A stretch of 62,883 nt of DNA, filler included, from Choristocarpus tenellus KU-1152 (taxonomy: Eukaryota > Protista > Phaeophyceae), in the NCBI GenBank assembly GCA_964200185.2. It is 10 parts of 10 records of this genome, joined end to end, with 100 filler letters (N's around TTAATTAATTAA, not from the genome) between each part and the next. Parts side by side here need not be neighbours in the genome. Positions count along the whole stretch, not along the records: positions 32,921 to 44,880 come from CAXNAD020002047.1; positions 44,981 to 48,873 come from CAXNAD020017307.1; positions 48,974 to 51,756 come from CAXNAD020024796.1; positions 51,857 to 56,541 come from CAXNAD020013473.1; 6 more parts are not named here. The stretch is one strand, 5' to 3'. Below the pieces are notes generated by a model. The model was not told the origin of the DNA and made no database searches. It saw only the letters and a list, made by a program, of their open reading frames with translations. Position 1 is the first letter of the stretch, and the number at the start of each line of letters is the position of its first letter. Both the position numbers and the translations under genes were made by a program. Positions 40,013 to 52,060 of the stretch are shown here, piece after piece.

Positions 40013-41035
40013 CAGCAATGGTGTAGGTGCTGCTGCAGGTATTGCGCGAAAGTGCACCCACTACGAGGGCTCTTTTGACCCTCATAGTTATAACTCCAGA
40101 AAAATTCGTACCCTCTAAGATATTTTCACTCCCTTCTCACAAGCTGTTTGTACGAGCCCCACAGTACCGGCTTTAGGATTGTCCATTCACTCCCTCCTTT
40201 CCACAGGCATCCCCTGAGAAGACCTTGCAGAAATCATTGGCCAAGACTGGGTAACCTGGGGGGGAACAACATTCCCTACACCTGCCTCAGAGGTACACAT
40301 CCTGACAGCTATGACGTCGGATCAAAAGGAGAGCTCAACATGAGATCACACGCCTCCTGGACAAGATCCGTTTTGACTCCTTCAGGACACAACTGCCCGG
40401 CCTACCAAGCGAAGCACACCAAGGGAAGGAAAGCTCCTCATTGGCCCTAGCGCACCACCAGAGCCAGTGTGGACAAGGGGCAAACGTATGGACCTCAAAA
40501 CAACCTCTGGAACCAGCATGCCAGATCCCCGCACTAGAATTCAAACTTACAGTCAGCATATCCCTAGGGAGGGAGGAGGACCTCTCAAACATGTGCCCAG
40601 TGGCAGGGTGCAGGAGGCAAAATGTCGATACCAGACATGCCCGTACCTGCCCCAGGGCAGGAGGACAGGCTCGAAAGTACACTCCAATGGTGAAATGCCT
40701 GCAACAACTATGCAAGGGGGTGGGCATCACTTGCACTGAGGACGGTAGCCCCCTCACAGTTGACAGGAATCTCCGCACGGATCTAGTTTTCCATGCATGG
40801 GCACTGGCGGACGCTGGAACAGCTCCCTACCAGTACAAAGGCCTTCTGCTAGATGTCACATTCGCAGAAGTACAGGCAACCTCCCACCTCACACACTCAT
40901 CCACCAATAATGGTGTAGCTGCTGCTGCAGCCGAGCCGCGAAAGCGCACCCACGACGAGGGCTGTCTTGATCCTTGTAGTTATAACCTCAACAACTTCAC
41001 GGTGAAAAGTCTTGGGTGCCGTGGCAACTATCCAT
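40013..41035 (+). mobile_element. CRE/R2-type non-LTR retrotransposon remnant (zinc knuckle plus restriction-like endonuclease), with a second 3' fragment at 40013-40100
   Basis: CPVAGCRRQNVDTRHARTC (CCHC-type), then RTDLV, LLDVT, AAAAEPRKRTH and FTVKSLG. DNA at 40013-40100 is a diverged copy of 40905-40990. Confidence 0.75.
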
Positions 41036-41810
41036 ACCCTTGCGAACTGGATTATGGAGATTGGACACTCGGTTATATCTTTTATTGTAGGGTATCCGTT
41101 GACCGTTCAAGGGACCATGTGGTCTGGTCTACGTAAACACGGTCTCATACGTGTGGTCGGTGCAGAGAGGGAAAGACAAGTGAGATTCATAGATGTAACT
41201 GCCCAGGAGGCGGAAGAGGAGATAAGTTGTGTTAAGCTGTCCTTGAGGATCTGTTGTCCCACACAAGCAGTTATATTATTGTTTATTAGCTTGTATCACA
41301 GTTGAGAAGAGAGTGAGATATCTTCACAAGGTCGGGCTCACCAATCCTTACATTGAATGACTCAGAATACCAAATACCCGCATATCCCCAAATACCCGAC
41401 TATCCCCGAATATTCCGCATTATCATCTGTGCGTACATAAAATAATACTTCAAATCACATTCCCATAAATGGTCAGGCATAATCTTGACACACTCCCCTG
41501 CTCTGACTATGCAATGAGAACCAAATCAGTCCAACAATAAATCCCAACTTGAAATCAACTCAATCTGCACACTTCGAATATTATTCCCAGATGGACAAGC
41601 AAAATCTTGACAAGTTGTACCCAAGTAAACGCCACACACTTCCTTGAATTTTTGAAACACCGTGTGGCACAGTTCCTGCTACATTCCTCACAACCCCGAA
41701 AAAGGAAATTATAGACGCCGTTGCTTAAGACCTTCTTCCTCAAGGCATGCAGGAGATGTTCGCGACACAGTGGGTCGAGGGTGATGGTAACTGTTTTTAC
41801 AGATCGATTG

Positions 41811-41991
41811 GGCTCATAGTATCTGGGGGGGGTTGGGGGCTGTCCATTCGGGGCCTATTTTCCATGTCACTATTTTTGGGCGATTTGGTTGCATGCGTCG
41901 GATGGGTATAATGTAAGTGCACTTCTCCTGGTCAGTGGCCGAATGGACACCCTGGTGTAGACCCCCCGCCCCCACCCAGATACTTTGGGAC
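41811..41991 (-). mobile_element. MITE family A copy
   Basis: GGCTCATAGTATCTGGGG...CAGATACTTTGGGAC ends; core in reverse orientation. Confidence 0.85.
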
Positions 41992-43459
41992 ATTAGGAGG
42001 ACCTTGTTTCCCAGGAATTCTGAAGTTTTGAATATTCGCGTAGGCTTTTTCCTCGTGGGTGTCGTATTGAAACACCAAACCACAATCTTGGGAAAGGTGG
42101 ATGGGCTAGACAGGGATACGGTACCAACTGCTAGCACCGAAATTTTGATATTCATCACTGTAGAGTAGAGTCGAATACCAAGAAGTTGACGAAGCTTGTT
42201 CTTTTTGAGATTCTGATTCAGCAGTGTAACCATGGAATCTGGGTTGAGTCAATCGAGATATATCTGACCTGCGCGACTCTTGGATTGTCTTTTAAGAGAA
42301 CGTTCCGCGTCCTGTCATCCTATATGACAATTGGTAGAGGAAAGTCTAGAAAAAGCTCAAAATCTGGGAACCTCGAAGCTCAACAGTGGAGTCTGGTGAT
42401 GGAGGTAGCCGTTTTGTTTTGACCCTTCCGCACAAAGAGAAGCAGCAGTTGTGTGAATCTCAGCAGCATCGTCCTGGAGAACCATGACATTTCGTCCTCA
42501 TAGTGTCGAAAAAACTATTCTCCAGTGGGGAGTAGGGGCTTATCCCGATTGATGAATACATGTTGCATGATGGAAGGTGGGGGGAATCTGTATAGCATAT
42601 ACTCCAGAGTATTTACATGTATATACTTTTTTCTATGCAATGTATATCACCACCTCTTCTTGGTTCATACTGTCGCTTCAGGCGTGGTACAGGGCAGCCA
42701 TCGGAATAGGGAATGTATATCTCCCTTGTTCGTTTGGGACCCTCCTCAGTCCGCCTAACAAAAATCCCTGTTCTTTCACTAATAGTGGCCTCGATCCTAT
42801 ATCCACCACCTTCGGGAATTTGTATTTTTCTAATATATTTTTATTTAGCGATGCCCAGATTATCATGTTTTTTGTAGTACAATACACACATTTAGTCGAG
42901 GTGTCTGTGCAACTTCTCACTACTTCAATTGTGCAAAAGCATGGTACCACACTCCACACTGTGCCCGATCGTTGCATTCCATATCCACCCCTATACAAAT
43001 TTCTTGCAGGTATATAATTTTATCGAGCTTCTCGACACTTTGAGGGGGGGAGGCAAGGATAAGAATGTAATGGACACCTTCAATGAGCAACCTCAAAGCG
43101 TATGAAGGTTGCAGTATCGCTTCAACAGTTCAAAGTTGTGACTGCAGCTATAAGCAACGTGGCTAAGATTGTGCTGAAAGAGATGAAGAGTCGTGTCTGT
43201 TAGGTTCCTACTCTGGATACATTTAAGTGTAGAGTCACAGAGTGTCTCAGAAGAAAAGCGATTTTGAGGGGAATTTTGGTATATTTCGTAATGACAAGAA
43301 CAAGGAGCTTGCTTAATATTATAAGGAGCAATTGCACCCCTGGTGTGGGTGGAAATAGCTTGAAATAAATATGTGACAATGTGAAGTACCTCATGTATGG
43401 GGTCAGGCATTATTGAAGTTTCAATACCTGTTTGAGACTGCAAAACCCTAGCGTGGAGG

Positions 43460-43850
43460 GTGCATCAAGGAGGTGATGGAGAACGACCAGGGGAACGAAA
43501 TGAGGATCACTTCAGCAGGTTAGATGGAATGGAAATGCTGGGTGATGATTTGATGTCTATGCATATTGAATTTTGGCGTACTGTAGAGAGTGGGAGTGAG
43601 GCAAGCTACCTCAACGTGTTCAAGTTGGCAAAAATCTATGTAGTTACACCTCACTCCTTGTAGAATGTGAGCACATGGGTCACACATTAACCAAGAACTA
43701 CAATCGACTTTCTATTGAATTTTGAAGTAAATGCAGTATTGCTTGCTCACCATCATGAAATCAAGGATTCCAGGGCGGGGGCAGAGGCAGAGGAGTTCCT
43801 TGTGTGTACTACTGTACACCGTGGAAGAATGCTCGCCATTGAAGATTTGA
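43460..43850 (+). pseudogene. Possible hAT transposase C-terminal dimerisation-domain remnant
   Basis: EFWRTVESGSEASYLNVFKLAKIYVVTPHS, then frameshifted VECE...RLS, resembles the W...YP.L..LA..Y...P.S...ER.FS pattern. Confidence 0.4.
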
Positions 43851-45105
43851 TGTGTAAGCCGCAATGAGCCAAAGTAAACGGGAGGTACCCAGGTCTTGCC
43901 CGTTTTGCATTATAAGCCATTTTTTTTCGATTAACGGAAATTTCTATGGATGAAGTGCTAAGTTTGACTTGAGAACGATGTTTATTGTTTGAAATTTTCT
44001 GACTCAATTCAGAAAATACCCTATACGCATTTGTAAAGATAGACAAATTTTATTTATGTTTGTTAGTATCCTTAAAATACAGCTCTCGTATCTCTCGTTT
44101 ACTTTGACTCACTTTAGCAGTGCAAGAGAGTAGGAGCAAGTGAGGGTATGAGGAGTGTGGGCAAGGCACACCTGTTCAAATGGGTCCGAATGGAGCAGCC
44201 CATACTTGCGTGTTGCGAGTTATGATATTTGAATGCACAGTGGTAGAGTCTAGAATGACCTTTTGATATGGAGACTTTAGCATTGTGTACTTCCCATACG
44301 CACAACATGCACATTACTCTCGTCACATACGATGGGATGATTTAGCTTCCATTTTGGATTGTCAGTGATTGTGTAATTTTCGATTTTTATTCAGACTACT
44401 TTACCCACCTTGCTAGCAGTACACAAGAGTTCAACACCTGTGTTGATTATAATATATAGTGGTATCAATACCTTACCCCTCTAAAGCAATCTTGATTGTT
44501 TTCAGTGTATTGCCACAAGAGCTATACAACAAAAAAAATAAAATGAACGCGTACGATGAGAGCTTTTGAACATTTATATGCGTTTATGTACAAACTTTGA
44601 TGAACAGGAACGATGCCCGGATCAAATAATGCCAAAAACGCGAGGAACATCTCCGGCGCAATTTTGATGGTTACAACCTCAAAAGGTAAAACGTGAAATA
44701 GTTGGCTGAATTCCTCGCAAAAAATTAATCCGGGTAAGGTAGCGGCTTGAATAAGGTGCTTGTGGCAATACCGAAAAAAAAGAAGATTTGTGGACATCTT
44801 TTTAGCACCATTTGCAGACTTTTTGAGAGCACACTCACACGTGACCCTCACAGAAACAAGAACCACAACGGTGAGACAAGNNNNNNNNNNNNNNNNNNNN
44901 NNNNNNNNNNNNNNNNNNNNNNNNTTAATTAATTAANNNNNNNNNNNNNNNNNNNNNNNNNNNNNNNNNNNNNNNNNNNNAAAACCCCAACCACATGCGC
45001 CAAGGAAAAACGTGCCCCAAATGGAAAGCTGCTTCCCCCCCCCCCCAGATACTTTGAGCCATTTGCAGACCCATCCTCCATGTTTCAAATGCCCCCAACC
45101 CCCAC

Positions 45106-46787
45106 CTCCAAGTTGATAAAGTCAGGTGAAGCGTCGAACATCACACCAACGACCAGGAGGTTCCCTGAGCCGTCTGTATTGACGTGGACGAGGTGCAGCT
45201 CTCCGTCCTCTTCTCCCCCTCCAGACTGTGTCACCAATAGATGGGACACGCCAGAGAAATTGTAGACCGGGCGGGTGTAGATGCTATGAGTCAATCAAAT
45301 ACATGCACAGGAAACTCAAGGAAGCAAGATCCCTTGCCTTGCTTCTTACACTCATGTGGAAAGGTTGTCACTAGTTTGCTCTGGATCTAATCCGGATCAG
45401 CTTAGACAGTAAACGCCTATACCTCTCAGGTCACACTCAATACACTCCCGGCCAATCATTTGGAAGAGCTACACAATGCTGTGGGCACATGCTTTGTGTG
45501 AATTCCTGAAAGTAGGAGGGTTATATATAGCAAAGCCGAAATGCCACAAGATTCATAATACTACTATGATAGAACAGAACCATGTGGTTCATGAACTAAT
45601 ATTGGTACCGTGTGTTCTGATGGCGAGTGGACATGCATCTGGAGGAGCTCATAGGTATCTCTACCAAACTCCAATGTGGACATGTAGCTTTCGTCCTCCA
45701 AGCACTGCGCAAAGTCCACCTTTAGGGTTGCAGAGAGGGGTGCAAACATAGGACGTGATTAATCGCTAATGCACCTGAAATTTCATCTAACTAATTAAGG
45801 AATTTCTGTCCACAATTATTCGTACAGCATCCGAATGGTGCAAAACGTATAGGAATCCAAATTCCACAATTCATCATTGGAATTACGTCAGTGATATATT
45901 GAGACAGAAGTGAGGTTCCGCGGCGTCTCTCACCAAACTCTTACCTTCCAGTTGTGATCAGTCTGCTCGAACCCCTGAAGGGTTGAAGGGCAGCTCTTGG
46001 GTAAGAACTTGAGGCTGAACATGTCCGTCTGGTGATGGCAATCAAACGTGTGTGTACAGGTTGTTCAGAACGTCACCGGCAGGTTGGGGTGTTGAGGGAT
46101 GGTGAACGAGGCAAAGGTGCTACGCCTTAGAGTGGGACCAAGGTAGAGTGGCCTAGGGACAGAGTTCTGGATGCCATTTTCCGCTCGAAGCCTCCAATAC
46201 GTATCAACGGCACCTTTCCACTACTGGTTCGTCTGTGGGTTGGGACAATTATTCAGATAAACTTACGTGGACGTGAGACACGTACGCGGCCCCCAGGTTG
46301 ATCGGGCTCTGTCTGTCACCGGCGCAAGCCTCATACACAAGATGCCAGTCCCTGCACGTTGAGGAATTACATATAGTCATAAATAATGGTGGGTACTACA
46401 GATGATGAATTGGATGTGAGAGAGGTGAAAGTATGCGCGACCTTAAGGTGCTCGTCGTAACACGAGAGATCCCAAGGCTTTTCGTTAGACTTGGGGTACG
46501 CTTTAATGTCTTATTCTGTGAAGGTGGACCTTGCACAAACTTGTGTCCCCAAAGACAATACACAAGTTAGCACACTTCGACTTCTTGGGTTGAGATTATG
46601 AAGGACCCTCTGGGGCCATTACTCACGCTGGTTGCAAGGGCTCAGTGCCATTTTTAGCAGTCTCCCTATAAGTCCATGGCGTAGCATCCGTAGCAAGTAC
46701 ACGCTTGACATCAGCGTGGCGACTCTCGTTGGCTGCAACGAGGGTCAGACCAAGTCCGACGGTGATGAAAATTACGTACGTTTTCAT
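45106..46787 (-). CDS. Alpha-class carbonic anhydrase with signal peptide, 5' part; exons 46787-46627, 46351-46267, 46028-45945, 45719-45609, 45225-45106
   Basis: WTY...W...C.G.RQSPINL, QMHVHSPSEHT and ELHLVH supply the three Zn-ligand His. All introns are GT-AG and in phase. Truncated at the spacer. Confidence 0.93.
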
Positions 46788-47429
46788 TGTACCGTTACGT
46801 CTGTAGGAATGAACAACGGGATGAGGGCAACTTGATTCGACTTGAAGAAAGTTGAGAGGAGGCTTGTGGGTGAGAGAAAAGGGCTTCCGGGGAGATTGGA
46901 CTGAAGAAGGTTTGGACTGTGAGTAGTGCGTAGTCAGATGAATGTACGTGTGGATACGAGAGAGGGAAATTACCCGTACCGCACTTGTAAGTATGAAGTG
47001 TGTATGCAACAGTAACAAAAATAAATTAGAAATCAGAACGTGGTGAACTTGATTATATTGATACAAGAGGGGATTATAATATATATATGGAATATTTTGA
47101 AAATGAAGAACCAAATATTATGTTGTAGAATAGAGTTGTATATTTTTGTTTTGTTTCAACGATATAATGTACATGTTATATAAATATGAACATAGAATAG
47201 TAGTAGGTTTGGATCAGTTTAGTAGGTACTGTTTGTGTCAATGTGAAGATGTAGCGATACTATTCTCTCTTCCTACTCAACATCTATAAATGCTGTAATA
47301 TCTCATATTTTTATTATTATGCCCTCTGACATTTTGTCAATATGTCAGGGTGGAAACCAAGGAAAACTATAAAAATTGTCACTATAAATATAATATTTTC
47401 GTACCTCACTTAACTTTTTGTAATATATG

Positions 47430-48257
47430 CGCAGAGCGGGGTTGGCGGTAAGGTAGATGGACCCATGGGGTGATTATCTGCGGACATATGGTAAGAGAGA
47501 TGGACTCATGGGGTGATTATCTGCGGACATAAGGTAAGGGACATGGACTCATGGGGTGGTTATCTGCGGACATAAGCTGTTGGACCACCTGCAGATCAAC
47601 CACTCGGAAATAAGTATCCACAAATATCCCAGATGCTTTGTGAACCAAGAGTTTTCTCCCATCTTCCAGAATAACCTCATCAAATAATGATAAGGGATCA
47701 TGGTCTTGGAATGATGGGAGTTGGTGTTCATCTGGTTCATTTTCCTTGAATTCTTCCGCCATGAAGCTCTGGAAACGGTTTGAGGTTGTCTGGAACGTAC
47801 TTCGTCGTCTCCTTGATCGAACTGTATGCCAATCAGACCGATTTGGCATATGTGGTGCTCCAAGTACAGGCAATGTACTCAGAGTTTCCCCCAAAAGGTA
47901 CTGGAAAAGTACTCTCCCACTTCAAAACGATTGCCGTCGTCGCCACTGTGAAACAGGTGGAAACAAGCCGACAGGTTCTTCGAATAATGAAGGGGAGCGG
48001 GAAGACCCACGGGAGGAAAGACCAAAGAGAGACAAAGTCAAAGAGGGAGAGCAATCCTTCAGAAGAAGATCACTCAGGAAAAGAGTGAACAAGTGGAAAA
48101 GTGAAGGAGGGGGCTTTGGTAAGGTCACTCCAAACCACCCGATCTTAATTTAAGCAGGTGTTACCTTCAACATGCAAGAACAAATGTCATAGGAATGTCA
48201 GAATGTTCGAGATAGATCACCTTCAAGGTATACCTTCTGTGGAAGATGGCTCTCGCA
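47430..48257 (-). mobile_element. Gypsy-type fragment: LTR 47947-48257, 14-nt PBS 47932-47945, gag-like start 47517-47894
   Basis: The LTR is bounded by TG...CA and is highly similar to 56859-57165. The adjacent + strand reads TGCCGTCGTCGCCA (a tRNA 3' end), followed on the minus strand by an ORF. Confidence 0.8.
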
Positions 48258-48973
48258 AATATCATATTTTCGTACTACCTCACATAACTTTCTGTAATTT
48301 TTATTGAATTTTAAATATTTTAGTAGATTCTATAATTATGATATATGATATTTTCCCGATGTGCCAGAGGAGAAACTAATGAGAACTATAATTTTATATA
48401 TTCGTAAAGATGTTCCTACAATATCGCTTCTATTCAACAAGTCATTATTAGACTGCGCAAAGTGAAATTAACTATCGGAAAAGTTGTGTCTCCCCATTTT
48501 CTACCATTAGTGCTTTTCATTAGCAAATCTAATAAAGTGTTTGACCAAAATGAAATTCACTATCGGAAAGTTGTATCTCCCCGTTTTCTACCAGTAGTGT
48601 TTTTCATTGCCAAATCTAACTCAAATTTCTCATTTCTAGTTGGAAAATATAGTGAAAAGCTTTGTTTTGCTCACGAATTCTGGATTATCATTCTCTTGCT
48701 ATGTTTGCATTCCACCCATTCCCCTCCTCCCCATTGAACCAACACTTGTGACCAACCAGTGCGAACCCCTTCGCCACTGATTTTTCAGTCACCTCCCCCC
48801 TCTGCAATGACCAACCAGTGTGAGACAGACCCCCTTCACCACTGATTTCCAGTCACCCCCCATATCTGATGACNNNNNNNNNNNNNNNNNNNNNNNNNNN
48901 NNNNNNNNNNNNNNNNNTTAATTAATTAANNNNNNNNNNNNNNNNNNNNNNNNNNNNNNNNNNNNNNNNNNNN

Positions 48974-51253
48974 AGGCAGGCCTGATACTGTTGAAGGATC
49001 ATTTTCAGGACCGACCGCTGGACTGGAGTTGTCCCTTGGGGGGGGGGGATCGAGCTTTGATGTTCTTGACCCTACCATGGTGCACATAGTGGACTGCTTG
49101 TGGTGTGCTGTGGTTGGCAACCGCCGCAGTGAGGCTCGACTGCTTCAATGTGAGGGTTTGGATACACTACTTGACCTGTTGGAGCTATGCCCAGCTGTTA
49201 TGCGGCATCAGGTGATAAAATGATGTGTCACATATAGCCGATCCATGCCCATATATTTGTGATCCCCACCAAGCGAAAGTATCTTATAGGGTATGAGTTT
49301 TGCCCTGTATGTCCATTTGGGGCTTGGATTCCCACAATTTTTTTGTGACATTTTCCTACTTATAATCGTTTCGGAGTAGTTAAAATATATAATTTATGAA
49401 AATGTGTATCTGGTACAAGAATATTGACACTTCCTAACAAACAAGATAACCAAAATTACATCAAATCGCAACATTGGATTTTGACCCTCAAATGGACGCG
49501 GCTCTACCCTCTAAGATACTTTGACTCCACCCTACTGAAGGACCAAAATCCCCAGTTTTCCACCTATGTCCTTGATCTATGCTGTATTTCATCCAGACAT
49601 ATTCTCCACCCTGGAGCTCCTTTTGGAGCTCTTTGGTTATCCCTCAGTGTGAGAAAATAGGATGGACTACCCCCTTAACAAACAAATTAACCCATTGGCC
49701 AACTACATTCTTAGCATCCCCAACTCTACTCCTGTCACTGAGACAATGTGGATACAAAACAAACAGGTCACAGGAGTTGTTGCTGATCTTTTAGGTAACA
49801 AGCGTGCCATCCCCTATGCCCAAGCTTGGCGCAGTGATTGCAACATGCTCAGTATATCCCAGCTCATGGTCCGCTTATGGATTGCAGAAGAAGCACGCCT
49901 TGGTGTCTCACGTCCAGGAGGCATACTCCAGAACATCTGGCATCCCCTGCAGTCCCATGAAATGAATATGCAACAGACTCTACAAATGGATTCTGAGTCC
50001 CCCAACATCAAGCGGGCTGGGATGGTCCACAGGCCAGCATCATCTCTAAGAGGTCACAAAAGCAGTGAGAGAGGTGGGAATAATGTAGGTAATGTGAGAA
50101 ATGACTGTCCAAAACAGTCAGAGACAGAGGGGGAAAGAGTAGAAGGCGAACTTGATTGTGAAAGAGGAGCTTGGGGGACAGAGGAATGGTCAACAGAAAA
50201 TGTCAACGATTCAAGGCAGCCCCAGAGCTTGTCTTCACCACTTCGCCTAGCATTACTGTCCGGTAGTCGTCGGACACAAGGTAGCTCCATCACTACAAAG
50301 GAGCAGAGCCTAGACCAGGAGGCTGCACTCAGGAAGTCTCTACGCCATCTTGACCTACGAAGCAAACTGGCTGCTGTTCTAAGGCTGGTAGGGTGTGGTC
50401 GAGGGGCAGTTGAAGGGCTGGGACCCAACGAGGTCCAGGCACTCTATATGGCAACAAAATTTCTCGAATTCAGGGCGGCTGAGGCTTGGCAAGAGGTGCG
50501 CACACCTGCCGGAAGGGCTTGTTTGAGTCTTGTCACAGGACTGAATCAGGCTTTGTCAATGTTGATGTGGGTAGTACAAGTAGGTTAGGTAGTTTTGGAC
50601 ATAGGACAAAGAGGTATGTAATGCATGCACCAGAGGTGAAAGGATAAGGGCATGCTGGAGATCAAGGTGGGAGAGGTGTATAACCATTATCCTATGGTAC
50701 AACAACATGTAACACGTAGTTGAAACCCTCAAGTGCGCAGTTGTCCTGACCATACTCTCTCACAAGAGCAACCCTCTCACTGCACATGTGCATCACCCCA
50801 CACTCATTTGCAATGTAATTTGTTCATACACTGCTGGTGCAGGTAGCAGAGCAACTGGAAGCACAAAATGTACACCCAATTGCACCAGACGCCCTGATGT
50901 TGGAGAAGAGACTAGAGCATGCATTTGAGCAGGCCCATAAGGTGAAAAGCAAGCAAATGGCTCTAACAGGAGAGCAAGGGGAATTTGAAAGCGCGATGGA
51001 AGCTCAGTTCTTTGCCAGTATAATCTTCCAGAGAGACCAGGAGATTCGACAAGCTTTGATCAAACTCAATGCTCAGGTCCCCGGGAAATTGAAGAGGCGT
51101 ATGGCCACGAAGAGGGTCTCAGAGGAGTCTCTCAGGCAGGATCACGGTGAGAGTATCACGGAAGAGGCAGACATATCGTTTGGGTTAGACCAAGACAAGT
51201 GCGAGAAAGGAGGAAGAAGAGCAGAGATTAGTAGTCAATTGGCCTGTCAGTGA
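48974..51253 (+). CDS. CFAP69: Cilia- and flagella-associated protein 69, 3' part; exons 48974-49211, 49767-50495, 50843-51253
   Basis: VDCLWCAVVGN..SE...L..EGL..LLDLLE, AW......QLMVRLW..EE..LGV.R..G.....HPL, DLRSKL and KFLEFR..EAW.EV...L......PI..D match the recalled CFAP69 C-terminal half. Introns are phase 0. Confidence 0.85.
49271..49527 (+). mobile_element. MITE family B, full-length copy in a CFAP69 intron, 4-bp TSD CACC
   Basis: cacc|AAGCGAAAGTATCTTATAGGGTA...TACCCTCTAAGATACTTTGACTC|cacc; 257 bp. Confidence 0.88.
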
Positions 51254-52060
51254 TGACAGGCATTTTTGCACATTTTGCTAGAGACGTGTTGTACTTTGCA
51301 AAAAAAAAATCTTGATAGGCACAGTTTTGGGCAGACATAACCAATATCACATAGTAATAGGTGTATATTTGTGGTACCAGTACCATTCAACTGTTGAAGG
51401 GTTCTGATAATGCTAGTAGTCTTAACTTTTGGAGTTTTCAGAACCCAGAACCCACTGGCAATGGGAGAGAATATTTGAAAGTGACATGTCAACCTATCAA
51501 GCAAGCCACTAGGATGGAGAACATCTTGAGCCCTACCAAGTGTCTTTTGAATCAGTTCAAACAGAAGTAGCCCACACATTAATCATTGACCAAGTTGTCC
51601 AAATTTACTGTTGGCCAAAACTAGTACTTTTTCTGAAGACTAGTGATGCTCTACAGATAGATCAAAACGTGTGAAGACATTTTTATTATTTAGAATGGGT
51701 AGTACACCTCAAGTAGGAGTAAAAAAAATGTGGTGGGGTCAAAGTATCTTGGGGGGNNNNNNNNNNNNNNNNNNNNNNNNNNNNNNNNNNNNNNNNNNNN
51801 TTAATTAATTAANNNNNNNNNNNNNNNNNNNNNNNNNNNNNNNNNNNNNNNNNNNNTTTGGTACATACGGCGGATAGATTATGTTAGGGTACTTTTCCTC
51901 GCCAGTCCCCCAAAGGGCACCCCGGTGGAGGCCCCCCCCCCCCCCCCCTTCCCCTCAGATACTCTGGGTCCAGAGAAGTACGTCAAAGTGGATAGATCTT
52001 GGACCATGTCATTACAAGCATCTATTTCGATTGTGAATACTGCACGCTCTGTTCCATCAG

